From Akkermansia muciniphila (GTDB lineage Bacteria > Verrucomicrobiota > Kiritimatiellia > RFP12 > JAAYNR01): 64,000 bases of DNA. A model generated the notes under the pieces. It was not told the DNA's origin and made no database searches. It worked only from the letters and a program-made list of their open reading frames with translations. Shown one piece after another: positions 49,536 to 58,713 of this stretch (positions are counted from its first letter, which is position 1; the number at the start of each line of letters is the position of its first letter). Where the stretch lies: NCBI GenBank assembly GCA_945870025.1, contig CAMBQN010000003.1, positions 72,640-136,639 on the forward strand. The letters are read 5' to 3'. The position numbers were made by a program, and so were the translations under genes.

Positions 49536-52500
49536 GGCGTGACTCGTACCTCCCCTCCCCCGCTCACACTGCGAATTTCCGGATCGTACATGCCGGACAC
49601 CGTGAGGGGCGGATGGCGGAAAACGCCGGGAGTGACCGCGCGCGCGGCGTAATGGAAATACGATGGGCTGCCCACGACTCCGGTGAAGAACAGCATGCGG
49701 TCATCGCGGGCGTCGCGGTATCGCGCAGTTTCCGACTGATTTCTCAGCCAGACCGGCGTGGAGGTGGTCATCAGGTTGGGATTCTCGATCTCCCACCCGG
49801 CTGGCAGCAGATCCTCGACAACCAACTGATCGAGTTCGCGTCCCAGCGGATCCACGGTGATCCGCACGATCACGAGATCGCCCTGCTTCAGGGTTGACGG
49901 ATCCAGGGGCTGTCCCGCGCTGTTGAAGTATTCGCGTCTGGCCTTCACGCCGTGCTCCGCATCATTCTCCGCCACGAGCGACACGCCGGTGAATTGACCG
50001 CTCAGGTACAGCGGACCGGGGCCGTCATTGGCGAGCGTCAGCGCACCGCCTTCGCCGGGGCCGTAGGCGACCTGCACGTCCTGGGTGCTGGTCACGCTCA
50101 TCACGCTGCCGTCGGGCCGCGTCATCGATCCGGTGAACGGCTGTTCCCGGCCTGCGCTGTGTTTCAGATATTTGCCGAGGGCCAGCAGGCCCATCGCGTT
50201 GTCGTAGGTGTTGCCCCACTGGCCGTCCACCCGCCGGTTCTGCAGGTAGAGCGCCAGCCGCGCCACGGCCTCATTGGCGGGGTCCACGTCAAGCCAGGCC
50301 GACAGCAGGAGGGCGGCGTCCTGCACATCGCTGTTGAGCAGGTAGCCGGGCAGGCGGCTGTGGGGCGTCGGCAGGCCCAGCCTGTCCAGAATCTCCACCG
50401 CCTGCCGTGGCTCGCCAATCAGCAGCAGCGTGGCGGCCACCCGGACCCGGGTGGCATAATAGAGGCGGCTGCTCTGCTCGCGCAGCCGCGCGGTCCATCC
50501 GGCGTCGGGACATTTCGCCAACGCCAGCACCTGACACACATACGCGCGTTCGTCCATCTCATACAACCACGGGGGCGAGTCCACCTCGATCGAGGCGTTC
50601 CGCTCCAGCCGCTGCCGCAGCCAGCTCAAGACCCCATCCAGCCGTTCCTGCGCCACGGCGTAGCCCGCCACCCGCGCTTCCACCAGAAAATGCGCAGCAT
50701 ACAGAGAGGCGGAGGCATCCGTCTTCCCCTCAAATGGCCAGAGGGAAAATCCGCCGTCGCCCTGCTGCATCGCCCACACGCGCTGGATGGCGGCGTTGAC
50801 CCGCGCACGGGTATCGCCCTCGGCGACCGCGCCGGGGGCTAACAGGCGGATCGGCCAGTCCGCCGCGTACAACAGCGGGAAGGCGCCGGAGACCGTTTGT
50901 TCGAGGCATCCGTAGGGATAATACCAGACCTGCTCCAGCGCACGGCCCAGTTGCAGCGCCGGCATCGCCGAGATCCGGGCGCGCTGGGCCACGGTGGCGG
51001 CGATCCAGTTGGTTGGCGGTGCGAGATTCATCCGCTCACCCGCCTTCAGAATGCGGCTGACGGTCTTCGCCTGCAGGGCGGACACGGTGCGCACGGCGAA
51101 CTCAGTGATTTCGTCGTACCGGTCAGCCCCGGCATCGGCCTGAATGCGCAGCAACGCCAGACCGGGTCCGGGGCCGGCGGTCAGCGCCAGCGGCACGCGC
51201 GACGAGCCGCCTGCGGGGATGGACACCTGCAGCGCGGCCGTGTCGGCGCGCAACGGGCCGCCGCAGGTGACGCGCACGCGAGTGCTCAGTGCCGCTGCGC
51301 CTGTGTTATGGAGCACGATCGACGCGTCGCACCGGTCTCCCACCGCGAGAAACCGCGGCAGGGCCGGCTGCACAATCAGATCACGCTTGACGGGAACCAG
51401 CGTCTGCGACGATCCGCACTGCGCGGCGTTGTACGCGACCGCCATCACCCGCAGTGATCCGGCAAACTCGGGGATGTCCAGCTCGACCGTCGCCTGTCCG
51501 TTGCTGTTCAGGGGAACGTCCGCCTGCCACAGCGCGACCGGCTTGAAGCGCCTGGCGGTGATCGGGTTCAGCCGGCGCCGCAGCCCCTCGCTCCCATCGC
51601 CGCCCATGCGGGAAGCGGCCGTGATGGCGTCGTCCAGGACCGGCATGAGTTCGTTGTAGAGGTCATACAGCGTCACGCCCAGACGGCGCTGCGCGGTAAA
51701 TATCCGGTTCGGATCGGGCGTCTGGAACGCCGTGAGCAGGCAGATTCCTTCGTCCACGGCCATCACGGTGACCGCGCCCGCCGCAGGCTGACCGGCCTCG
51801 TCGCGCACCGTCAGGCGGGTGGTCAGCTTCGATTGCGGGCGTTGCAGCGCGGGGGCGTCGGTGGTCACGGTCAAGCGCCGGCCGGGCCGCTCGACCTGCA
51901 GCGCGAGGGCGCCGAGGGCGCGGTGCGGACTCCAGACCGATTCTGCGACGGCGGGCCGCACGAGCGTAAGCACGCAGTAGACGTTCGGCGCGTAGGCGGC
52001 CTGAACGGGGATTTCCAGCTCGGCCGTGTTCTTCTCCAGCGTCACCACGCGCGCCTCCAGCACGCGATCGGATTCAATCGTCAGCAGCGCGACGCCGCTG
52101 AACGGTGCCTTGACGAGCAGCCGCGCGGTATCGCCGGGGCGATAGCGTTCGCGGTCCCAGGCCAGCTCGATGCGCCCGGGCTTTTCGCGGCTCCACGCGA
52201 CCCAGTCCTGCTCCGGCGACGCGGCATAAAACGCGATGCGCGTGGAGGCGCCCGAGGCGGGGTCGCTCGCAGTCAACAGGTACGATCCCGTGGTGTCCAC
52301 CGCGAAGCTCCACGCGCGCGGGTCGCTGCCCGCGGCGAGGGTGTCCTCCCGGACCGTGACCAACTGCCGTTCCGATTTCCACTCGTAGTGTCCTCCGTCG
52401 CCTGCCCGCAGCGCCGAGTGCCACAGCTCCCGCGAGAGCGTCAGGACGACCGGTTTTCCCGCAGTGACCGGGCTGCCGTCGGGCAAGACCTCCACCACGT

Positions 52501-54892
52501 CGACGCGCTGGGTCTCGCCCGCACGGATCGCGCCTTCCCAGGCCGTGCGCAAGCCGATGTAGAAGGGATAGGCGTCCATGAATCCGGCGCCGCTGGCGCT
52601 GACCGGGCGTCCGCCGCCCTCGATCACGGTAGCCTGCTGCACGATCTGCAGCGCGGCGGGAGGACGCCAAGCGGCGGCGCTTTCGACGGTAAACGTCGCG
52701 CGTCCCGCATCGTCCAGCGTTTGCGTACCCAAGGGGATTTCCAGCGGCGCGAAGGTCTTGTCGGCATCGCCGAACTGCCAGCCGTCCCAGGCGGCGGGCG
52801 CGAAGGGCGCGGCCTGGATCGTCACATGTCCTTGAACGGACAAGCCGGCGGCGGCCCGTCCGAACAGGTGTTCTGCACGGACCTGGAAGGTCTGATCGAC
52901 ACCCGCGCGGCCCCGCACCGGCTCGGATTCGACGGCGACGCGGATTTGCGGCGGCACAAAATCCTCGAGGGCCAACGAGGTCGCACCCAGTACGGTGAAG
53001 GTTCCCGGCATCACGAGTTCCACCGAGTAGCGCCCAGTCGGCAGATAGTCCGGCAGGAGCACCGTCGTCCGAGCCGATCCGTTCGCGTCGGGCATCACGG
53101 GGATGTCCTGAAAGACGCGACCATCGGGCTTGCACACACGAAAGAGCGCGGGGAAGGGCGCTGGCGCGCGATGATTCGTGTCGCGCACCAGCGCCTGCAG
53201 GAAGGCGGTTTCGCCGGGCCGGTAGACGCCGCGCTCGGTGAAGACGGCGGCCTCCATCGCGCCCGGCGCCAGATACGGCACCCCTTCCACGCCGGTGCCC
53301 GGATCCACGCGGGTGCCGCTCATGTCCAGGTAGGACAGATCGTCCCCCCGGCGGGCGGTGATGAGAAAAGGCACCTCGTCCGCCTTCCAGCCCGCCAGGC
53401 GCGCCACGCCGTGCTCATCGGTGACGGCGCGGGCCAGCGTCTGGTTGTTGCGGGCGACCAGCGTGATCTCCGCGCCAGCCACCGGGCGGCCCGATTCCAG
53501 CGAATTGATCCAGACCAGCGCACCGCCCGCAGAGAGGCGCGCCGCGATGCCGAGATCGGTCACGACGATCAACCGGCTGTCGCTGTCGGCCTCGACCCAG
53601 AACACGCCGCGCGGTTCGTTCGTCAGCTCGCGCAGATGGATCCAGGCGCGGACCGACTCGTTGGGCGGCGCGGACAGCGCATTGGTCTGAGACACGGCGG
53701 CGCCGGCGAGCTCGTCCATGCTCGAACTGGCGTATCCGTTTGCTTCGCGCAAGGCAAGCGCCACGAGATTATTGGCAAAAACCTGACGGAGCGAAACCGT
53801 CCACTTCTTAATATTGACCGCCTGGACGGGAATGGCGAGGCTTCCCTTGGGCGACAAATAGCGGCCGCCGGTCTCGAACCGCAGGTCTGCGGCGCGATTG
53901 GGGAACTGCACCAGCCGGGTGATCGGCTTCTCCAGCGCCACGCCATTCTCCGCCCGCATCCCCTTCTTGAAGGTCACGGCATAGACCTTGCCCGGTTTGA
54001 AATCGCCCGCGATCCGCAGCCCATGCCATCCGCCGGAGCCGTCGAACGTGCAACGAACGGCCGGGTCAATCTCGACAAACGCATCTAGGCCGTTGGAATC
54101 GGGATACGCATTGAAGTCAGCCTGAAGCACAGGCGGGTCAAAGGCGGGACTGCGGGCGCTGAGCCGGACCAGGTAGAAGGAAGGTGCGAGCTTCAACGAG
54201 GCCGCGTAGGCCTGCTCGGACGGTGCGACGCCCGCTTGGCCAGGGAATCCCTCATCCAGAACGTATTTCACGTGATCGTCTGCGATGGGCGCCGTCTCGA
54301 TCCAGATGGCGTTGGTGCCTGCCGGTCCTTGAAGACGATACGCCACCTCGGATTGATGGGGGGTCGAGAGGTGAAGGAACCGAGCCAGCAGATCGCGATT
54401 CGGCGCGGCGTTGAAAGCCAGCCGCAGGGTCAGCTCCCGTCCGGCGGACCAGTTCATCTGTTCAACCTTCAGCAGTTGCAGCACCGCAGGCGCGTTGGAC
54501 ACGGCGGCGGAGTTTGGCGAAGGGGCGGCGGTCCATTTCCAGACGCCGTAGGCATTGACCAGCAGGAAGGCCACGGCAAGCGCAAACCCGCGATGGGCGA
54601 GGCGGGAGGGGTGCAGCGAGGCAGGAGCCGCAGGATCGGGGCGGGCCGCGTTTTCAATGACGGTTTCCGCAAAATCATCGGCAAAATCTTCGGGCGCATC
54701 CATGCCGCCGAGAATCCGTTCGATGGCACCGGGGGAAGGCGTGTCGCCTTCACGACGCAGCGCCTCGCCGATGTGTTCGCGCAGGCCCGCGAGGATATCA
54801 CGCCGCACGGCATCAGGCTTGTGGACGAGGTTGCGTTCGACGGCGTCCAAATACACGTCGATGCGCCGGGTCTGGTCAGCGGTTGGGTTCAT
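49532..54892 (-). CDS. alpha-2-macroglobulin family protein with N-terminal DUF1700-like cytoplasmic module and single TM anchor
   Basis: 1786 aa. Intact thioester motif YPYGCLEQ (CLEQ = 50897-50908) and a MG-domain-rich body. The N-terminal IDVYLDAVERNL...RRDILAGLREHIGEAL...ILGGMDAPEDFADDF is followed by the TM helix GFALAVAFLLVNAYGVWKW (aa ~102-120). Confidence 0.88.
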   Translation of the reverse strand: MNPTADQTRRIDVYLDAVERNLVHKPDAVRRDILAGLREHIGEALRREGDTPSPGAIERILGGMDAPEDFADDFAETVIENAARPDPAAPASLHPSRLAHRGFALAVAFLLVNAYGVWKWTAAPSPNSAAVSNAPAVLQLLKVEQMNWSAGRELTLRLAFNAAPNRDLLARFLHLSTPHQSEVAYRLQGPAGTNAIWIETAPIADDHVKYVLDEGFPGQAGVAPSEQAYAASLKLAPSFYLVRLSARSPAFDPPVLQADFNAYPDSNGLDAFVEIDPAVRCTFDGSGGWHGLRIAGDFKPGKVYAVTFKKGMRAENGVALEKPITRLVQFPNRAADLRFETGGRYLSPKGSLAIPVQAVNIKKWTVSLRQVFANNLVALALREANGYASSSMDELAGAAVSQTNALSAPPNESVRAWIHLRELTNEPRGVFWVEADSDSRLIVVTDLGIAARLSAGGALVWINSLESGRPVAGAEITLVARNNQTLARAVTDEHGVARLAGWKADEVPFLITARRGDDLSYLDMSGTRVDPGTGVEGVPYLAPGAMEAAVFTERGVYRPGETAFLQALVRDTNHRAPAPFPALFRVCKPDGRVFQDIPVMPDANGSARTTVLLPDYLPTGRYSVELVMPGTFTVLGATSLALEDFVPPQIRVAVESEPVRGRAGVDQTFQVRAEHLFGRAAAGLSVQGHVTIQAAPFAPAAWDGWQFGDADKTFAPLEIPLGTQTLDDAGRATFTVESAAAWRPPAALQIVQQATVIEGGGRPVSASGAGFMDAYPFYIGLRTAWEGAIRAGETQRVDVVEVLPDGSPVTAGKPVVLTLSRELWHSALRAGDGGHYEWKSERQLVTVREDTLAAGSDPRAWSFAVDTTGSYLLTASDPASGASTRIAFYAASPEQDWVAWSREKPGRIELAWDRERYRPGDTARLLVKAPFSGVALLTIESDRVLEARVVTLEKNTAELEIPVQAAYAPNVYCVLTLVRPAVAESVWSPHRALGALALQVERPGRRLTVTTDAPALQRPQSKLTTRLTVRDEAGQPAAGAVTVMAVDEGICLLTAFQTPDPNRIFTAQRRLGVTLYDLYNELMPVLDDAITAASRMGGDGSEGLRRRLNPITARRFKPVALWQADVPLNSNGQATVELDIPEFAGSLRVMAVAYNAAQCGSSQTLVPVKRDLIVQPALPRFLAVGDRCDASIVLHNTGAAALSTRVRVTCGGPLRADTAALQVSIPAGGSSRVPLALTAGPGPGLALLRIQADAGADRYDEITEFAVRTVSALQAKTVSRILKAGERMNLAPPTNWIAATVAQRARISAMPALQLGRALEQVWYYPYGCLEQTVSGAFPLLYAADWPIRLLAPGAVAEGDTRARVNAAIQRVWAMQQGDGGFSLWPFEGKTDASASLYAAHFLVEARVAGYAVAQERLDGVLSWLRQRLERNASIEVDSPPWLYEMDERAYVCQVLALAKCPDAGWTARLREQSSRLYYATRVRVAATLLLIGEPRQAVEILDRLGLPTPHSRLPGYLLNSDVQDAALLLSAWLDVDPANEAVARLALYLQNRRVDGQWGNTYDNAMGLLALGKYLKHSAGREQPFTGSMTRPDGSVMSVTSTQDVQVAYGPGEGGALTLANDGPGPLYLSGQFTGVSLVAENDAEHGVKARREYFNSAGQPLDPSTLKQGDLVIVRITVDPLGRELDQLVVEDLLPAGWEIENPNLMTTSTPVWLRNQSETARYRDARDDRMLFFTGVVGSPSYFHYAARAVTPGVFRHPPLTVSGMYDPEIRSVSGGGEVRVTP

Positions 54893-54893
54893 G

Positions 54894-55235
54894 TCAGGAT
54901 TCCTTCGGCTGGGTTGTTTTCAAGCGTTCGACGGTCTCGGTCAGCAGGGGCCAGTAGGCGTTCATCTCCGCCAGGCGAATCTTGCCGTGAGGGGTCAAAG
55001 CAAAATAGCGACGTGGCGGACCGGACGGGGAAGGCACATCGCGCACCTTGAGCAAGTTCTCGTTGCGCAGGCGCCCCAGGATGGGGTAGACCGTGCTCTC
55101 CGAAACGGACAGGTCGTCCATGCGCTTCAGCGCCTGGACGATTTCGTAGCCATAGCTCTCGCCGCGCCTCAGCACCAGCAGGACGCAATACTCCAGCAAA
55201 CCCTTGCGCAACTGTGTGATCCATCCTTCGATCAT
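54894..55235 (-). CDS. PadR-family transcriptional regulator
   Basis: 113 aa winged HTH. LRKGLLEYCVLLVLRRGESYGYEIVQAL...STVYPILGRLRNENLL...RRYFALTPHG. Confidence 0.9.
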   Translation of the reverse strand: MIEGWITQLRKGLLEYCVLLVLRRGESYGYEIVQALKRMDDLSVSESTVYPILGRLRNENLLKVRDVPSPSGPPRRYFALTPHGKIRLAEMNAYWPLLTETVERLKTTQPKES

Positions 55236-55296
55236 AGACTACTCCGTTTGACGTAGTACGTAATACACCCTAGCCGTGGGTTTCGTCAATGGGAAT

Positions 55297-55445
55297 CAGC
55301 AATTCTAATTATGACAGCCGCTATCGGGATCCAAATCGGGATCGGGACCGAAATCGACGAGAAAGCAAGGAATTCGACCCCGATAGCGATAGCGATAGCG
55401 ATTTCGATTTCGACTGTACAGATGTGCCATAATTAGAATTGCTGG
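55297..55445. mobile_element. MITE-like element with CAGCAATTCTAAT inverted ends (copy 2)
   Basis: CAGCAATTCTAATTA ... TAATTAGAATTGCTGG termini. Internal ATCGGG/ATCGAC hexamer arm and CCCGAT AGCGAT AGCGAT AGCGAT TTCGAT arm. Its reverse complement is about 93 percent identical to 58714-58856. Confidence 0.7.
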
Positions 55446-55580
55446 GAAAATTGCCGGTTGCCTTGCGTCTCCGTCCGGGTGTAAACTGCACGGGGTCAGG
55501 CATCAGCGCAGGTGCACTGGCTTGCAGAAAAAAGGATATGCAATGGCAGGAGATGTCGGCGCCGGACGCGCCATGAGGGC

Positions 55581-55773
55581 ATAGGTGTTAAGCTGAGATG
55601 CTTTTGCTGGTTTCTTAACGACTTATTGATCAACGGGTTATAACCATGATAACAACGCCCATCAACCAACGCCCAACATCCAACAACCAATGGCGGAACT
55701 GTCAATCCTGCTTTGGAAGTTGGACGTTGGGTGTTGGGTGTTGGGCGTTCAAATCCCTTAACTTAACACCTAT
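55581..55773. repeat. nested inverted-repeat element with CCAAC-type arms
   Basis: Perfect 12-bp outer inverted repeat ATAGGTGTTAAG (55581-55592) / CTTAACACCTAT (55762-55773, overlapping the ATG of the next gene). Inner arms AACGCCCATCAACCAACGCCCAACATCCAACAACCAA (55653-55690) and TTGGACGTTGGGTGTTGGGTGTTGGGCGTT (55720-55749). Confidence 0.75.
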
Positions 55774-57805
55774 GGCCATTAGGTTGGGCATGTTGCTGCT
55801 GGTCTCGTTTGCGGCAAGCCGCGCCCGCGCGGACGACGTTTTTCTCTCCACCGGCCCCGCGCGCAGCGGAACGATCCTCCAACTGACCACGAACTCCCTT
55901 CTCCTGCTGCAGCCAGACGGCAAGCCCGGGAGCATCGCGCGGAGCGAGGTCACCAACTTCACGCTGGACTTTCCGGCAGGCGGCCGCTGCGCGCGCCTGA
56001 CGTCCCGTGGTGGCACGAACAGCCTGTTGGTGCTGTCGTCCTTTGACCGCGGTCTATTTTCAGGCACGAATCTGGCGGGGGTGCCCGCCGCACTTCCGCT
56101 CGCGGATATCCGGGAGGCGGTGTTTTATCCGGTGGCGAAACCCAGGCAAATTCTGGACCTGCCCTACGTGAGGCAGAAGCCGGATTACTGCGGCGAAGCC
56201 TGCATTGAAATGCTATCGACTTTTCTGGGCCGGCCGGTGTCCCAGGACCGGGTCAACGAATTGGCCGGACTGAGCGGCAAGCGGGGCTGCTACGGCAATG
56301 AACTGGTCGCCGTCATCAATAAATTGGGTCTGAAGATCGCGTCCGACGAGAGCTGGCCCGGAAGCACCGATGCCGATTTTCTCGTTGAGCGCATGCGCCT
56401 GCTGGCCTGTCTGCAGCGGAATCACCCCGTTCTGCTCGGCTTGTGGGGACGGTATGAGGCCAAGCAGGCCGGCATTTCTTTCGATCACATCGTGATGCTG
56501 ATCGGTTATGATCTGCAAACCGAGCGGTTTATTATTCACGACCCGGGCCGTCAGCCAAACTGGGCCGTCCCCTTCTCTGATTTCATCAAGCACCGGCAGA
56601 ACAGCAGCGGGCAACTGTCTCAAATCGAGTTTGCCCTGTTCCGGGACTGGAAGACTCTGGACGGAAAGGTCATTTCCGCCGAATTGCTTGAACTGAACGA
56701 TCGTACCATCCAACTGAAACCTGCGGAGTCCGGCAGCATCACCCTCGACATTGACAAACTGGACCCGTCCGGCAGGGCCTTTGTTGAGAAGGTGAAGACG
56801 GGACAGACGTCGCCTCTGCGCGGGGCCTCGTACCTCCCGCCGAACCACCCCGACGCTCTTTATGCAAGCGCCTGTGAATGCGCCCTGAAGGGCGACAAGG
56901 AGGGTGCGCTCCAATTTCTGACCCGCGCAGTGGATGCCGGTTTCATCAACTTCGTTCATATCCAGAACGACGCGGACCTGACGGCCATCCGCGAGGAGGC
57001 CGGATTTAAGGCGCTGCTGGCGAACAAAGACAAGCTACTGGCTGTTTTTATGCAGAAGATGTCTGCTTCAATCCTGAACCGGCTGGGGAATGGCTACTCG
57101 ATCGGGTCGGGAACAAACAGTCCCTACATCATGATCAGCAACGCAGACCCGCAAAAGCAGAAGACGGTGGAAGACGTCTTGCGCGTGGTCGCTGACCTGC
57201 TGGGAAAAACGCTGTTCACGAACAAGCCCACGGCCGCCTTTATCGTCGTCATTCCCAACACCATGCAGGACTTCACGCAGAAGATGGGCGGGAAAAGCAC
57301 CTCGGCCGGTTTTTACAACCACGCGACTCGCACCCTGACCATCAATCTCTCGACCGGCACGGGAACGCTCGTGCACGAGTTCACGCATGCCCTGCATTTT
57401 TCGGACATGGAAGCGCGGGGCCAGATGCATCCGACGTGGGTGCGCGAAGGACTGGGGTCTCTCTACGAGGAGTCGGACCCCAAGGAAGACCGGCTGGACG
57501 GCCTGGTGAACTGGCGTTTGCCGCTCCTGAAGCAAGCCCTGCAGAGCGGGCAGACCTATGCGCTGCGCGAGTTCCTGAAGAAAAGTCCTGATTATTTCGC
57601 GACGAATGCCATCCTCTCCTATGCCATGTCCCGCTACCTCTTCTATTTCCTGCAAAGCAAGCAGCTTCTTTTCCCCTGGTATGCCCGCTATTGCGAAGAC
57701 TATGCGGCTGATCCCTCGGGCATTCTCACACTGGAAAAGGTGTATGGAAAGACGATCGAGGAATTTGAAAAGGACTGGATTGCGTTTGTGCAGACGCTGA
57801 AGTGA
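55772..57805 (+). CDS. secreted multidomain protein: C39-like cysteine peptidase + SHD1-like + TPR-like + DUF1570-like HExxH metallopeptidase
   Basis: Signal peptide MAIRLGMLLLVSFAASRARA. Papain-like module (QKPDYCGEACIEM...FDHIVMLIGYD). SHD1-like segment (FRDWKTLDGKVISAELLEL...IDKLDPSGRAFVEK). C-terminal LVHEFTHALHF. The ORF-track start at 55646 lies in repeat sequence. Confidence 0.65.
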   Translation: MAIRLGMLLLVSFAASRARADDVFLSTGPARSGTILQLTTNSLLLLQPDGKPGSIARSEVTNFTLDFPAGGRCARLTSRGGTNSLLVLSSFDRGLFSGTNLAGVPAALPLADIREAVFYPVAKPRQILDLPYVRQKPDYCGEACIEMLSTFLGRPVSQDRVNELAGLSGKRGCYGNELVAVINKLGLKIASDESWPGSTDADFLVERMRLLACLQRNHPVLLGLWGRYEAKQAGISFDHIVMLIGYDLQTERFIIHDPGRQPNWAVPFSDFIKHRQNSSGQLSQIEFALFRDWKTLDGKVISAELLELNDRTIQLKPAESGSITLDIDKLDPSGRAFVEKVKTGQTSPLRGASYLPPNHPDALYASACECALKGDKEGALQFLTRAVDAGFINFVHIQNDADLTAIREEAGFKALLANKDKLLAVFMQKMSASILNRLGNGYSIGSGTNSPYIMISNADPQKQKTVEDVLRVVADLLGKTLFTNKPTAAFIVVIPNTMQDFTQKMGGKSTSAGFYNHATRTLTINLSTGTGTLVHEFTHALHFSDMEARGQMHPTWVREGLGSLYEESDPKEDRLDGLVNWRLPLLKQALQSGQTYALREFLKKSPDYFATNAILSYAMSRYLFYFLQSKQLLFPWYARYCEDYAADPSGILTLEKVYGKTIEEFEKDWIAFVQTLK

Positions 57806-57823
57806 CGGAGGGAAGGCCGACGA

Positions 57824-57952
57824 ATGGAAGGCCCGTCCCTTGCGACTGCAAACCCATGGCGTTCGATCCCGGTCCCGATTTCGATTTCGATTGGTTGCCT
57901 CAACCTCCAACTGACCACGAATTCCATGCAGAAGATGTCTGCTTCAGATTAA
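57824..57952 (+). other. repeat-derived 42-codon ORF / mosaic segment carrying two exact fragments of the upstream gene
   Basis: It starts with ATGGAAGGCCCGTCCCTTG (the conserved motif), then a CGAT-type arm (57861-57892). Then 57904-57921 is identical to 55876-55893 (18 nt), and 57926-57946 is identical to 57050-57070 (21 nt). TAA stop at 57950. Confidence 0.6.
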
Positions 57953-57956
57953 GAGC

Positions 57957-58361
57957 CTAGTTCTCCAGAAACTCCGCAGGGGACAACACGTGTATGCCCT
58001 GCATCCAGCGCGCAGGGAAATGTCGTTTGTTCCCCGTCACCAACACACGACTCAGCGAGAGTGCAGCCTCCACAAACACAAGATCGTCCTGATCCGGAAA
58101 TTGCGTCCGGTTCTTGGCCAAGGCAAATGAAGCGGGAAGGCCCATGCACCGGAACGCATCGATGATGGCGTGCACACGCTCCGGGGAAATGTTGAATTTG
58201 GGCCGGCTCAGCACATCATCATATTCCGCAAGGATGGCATCTGAGATGATGGGGCGACAGTGGCCCTCAAGAATGGCATTCACAACCTGTCCCGGAATAC
58301 TATCCGGAAACAGAATCCCAGACACAATGACGTTCGTATCAAACACCGCTTCTGAAATCAT
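57957..58361 (-). CDS. vapC: PIN-domain toxin (VapC-like)
   Basis: 134 aa. Acidic PIN residues in AVFDTNV, DQDDLVFVEAA and VTGNKRHF. 4-nt overlap with the upstream antitoxin. Confidence 0.85.
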   Translation of the reverse strand: MISEAVFDTNVIVSGILFPDSIPGQVVNAILEGHCRPIISDAILAEYDDVLSRPKFNISPERVHAIIDAFRCMGLPASFALAKNRTQFPDQDDLVFVEAALSLSRVLVTGNKRHFPARWMQGIHVLSPAEFLEN

Positions 58362-58660
58362 ACATGCGCCAATCTCGTTTTCCGCTCCGCGCGCACGGCT
58401 TTGATCTCCGCGTCCACATCGCTCATCGACAGGGCTGCCTCTCGCTTCATCCGTGTGTCCCGACGGATGGCCGAGACCGCCAATCGCGCCCGCGCCAGGC
58501 GGATGGCCTGCTCCAGCTCCAGCGGATTCTCATCCTTGCCTAATTGGACCATAAGCGCCATGGGCACGCCGTTGTTGGTCACCAACGCGGTCCCGTATCT
58601 CGCCAATGTCTCGCGCACCAGCAACGGAGCCTTCAAATCTTTAACAGCCAAGTAGTTCAT
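58358..58660 (-). CDS. Phd/YefM-like antitoxin
   Basis: 100 aa. The N-terminal AVKDLKAPLLVRETLARYGTALVTNNGVPMALMV pattern is typical of Phd/YefM-type antitoxins. Translationally coupled to the PIN gene. Confidence 0.7.
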   Translation of the reverse strand: MNYLAVKDLKAPLLVRETLARYGTALVTNNGVPMALMVQLGKDENPLELEQAIRLARARLAVSAIRRDTRMKREAALSMSDVDAEIKAVRAERKTRLAHV

Positions 58661-58713
58661 GGAAGATAGAATAATCTGATTATCAGGATATTGTCAAGTC
58701 CTTCCATTTCAGC

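Noticed and set aside
51833-54088. 751-aa plus-strand ORF inside the alpha-2-macroglobulin gene.
   Set aside because: It is a shadow ORF. The minus strand carries the continuous 1786-aa A2M with its thioester motif and operon coupling to padR and pbpC.
55321-55503. Small ORFs translating the repeat elements (also 40156-40386, 58709-58969, 58864-59046, 58991-59323, 61637-61990, 61731-62177), giving dipeptide-repeat peptides such as DSDSDSDFDFD, HLHVHTYTFTLT and PTSNVQLPTSNVQ.
   Set aside because: Their periodicity follows the DNA repeat unit. The frames are not conserved between copies, both strands are open, and no ribosome-binding sites are evident. I treat them as non-coding repeats, with the weak ATG-EGPSL coincidence noted in the findings.
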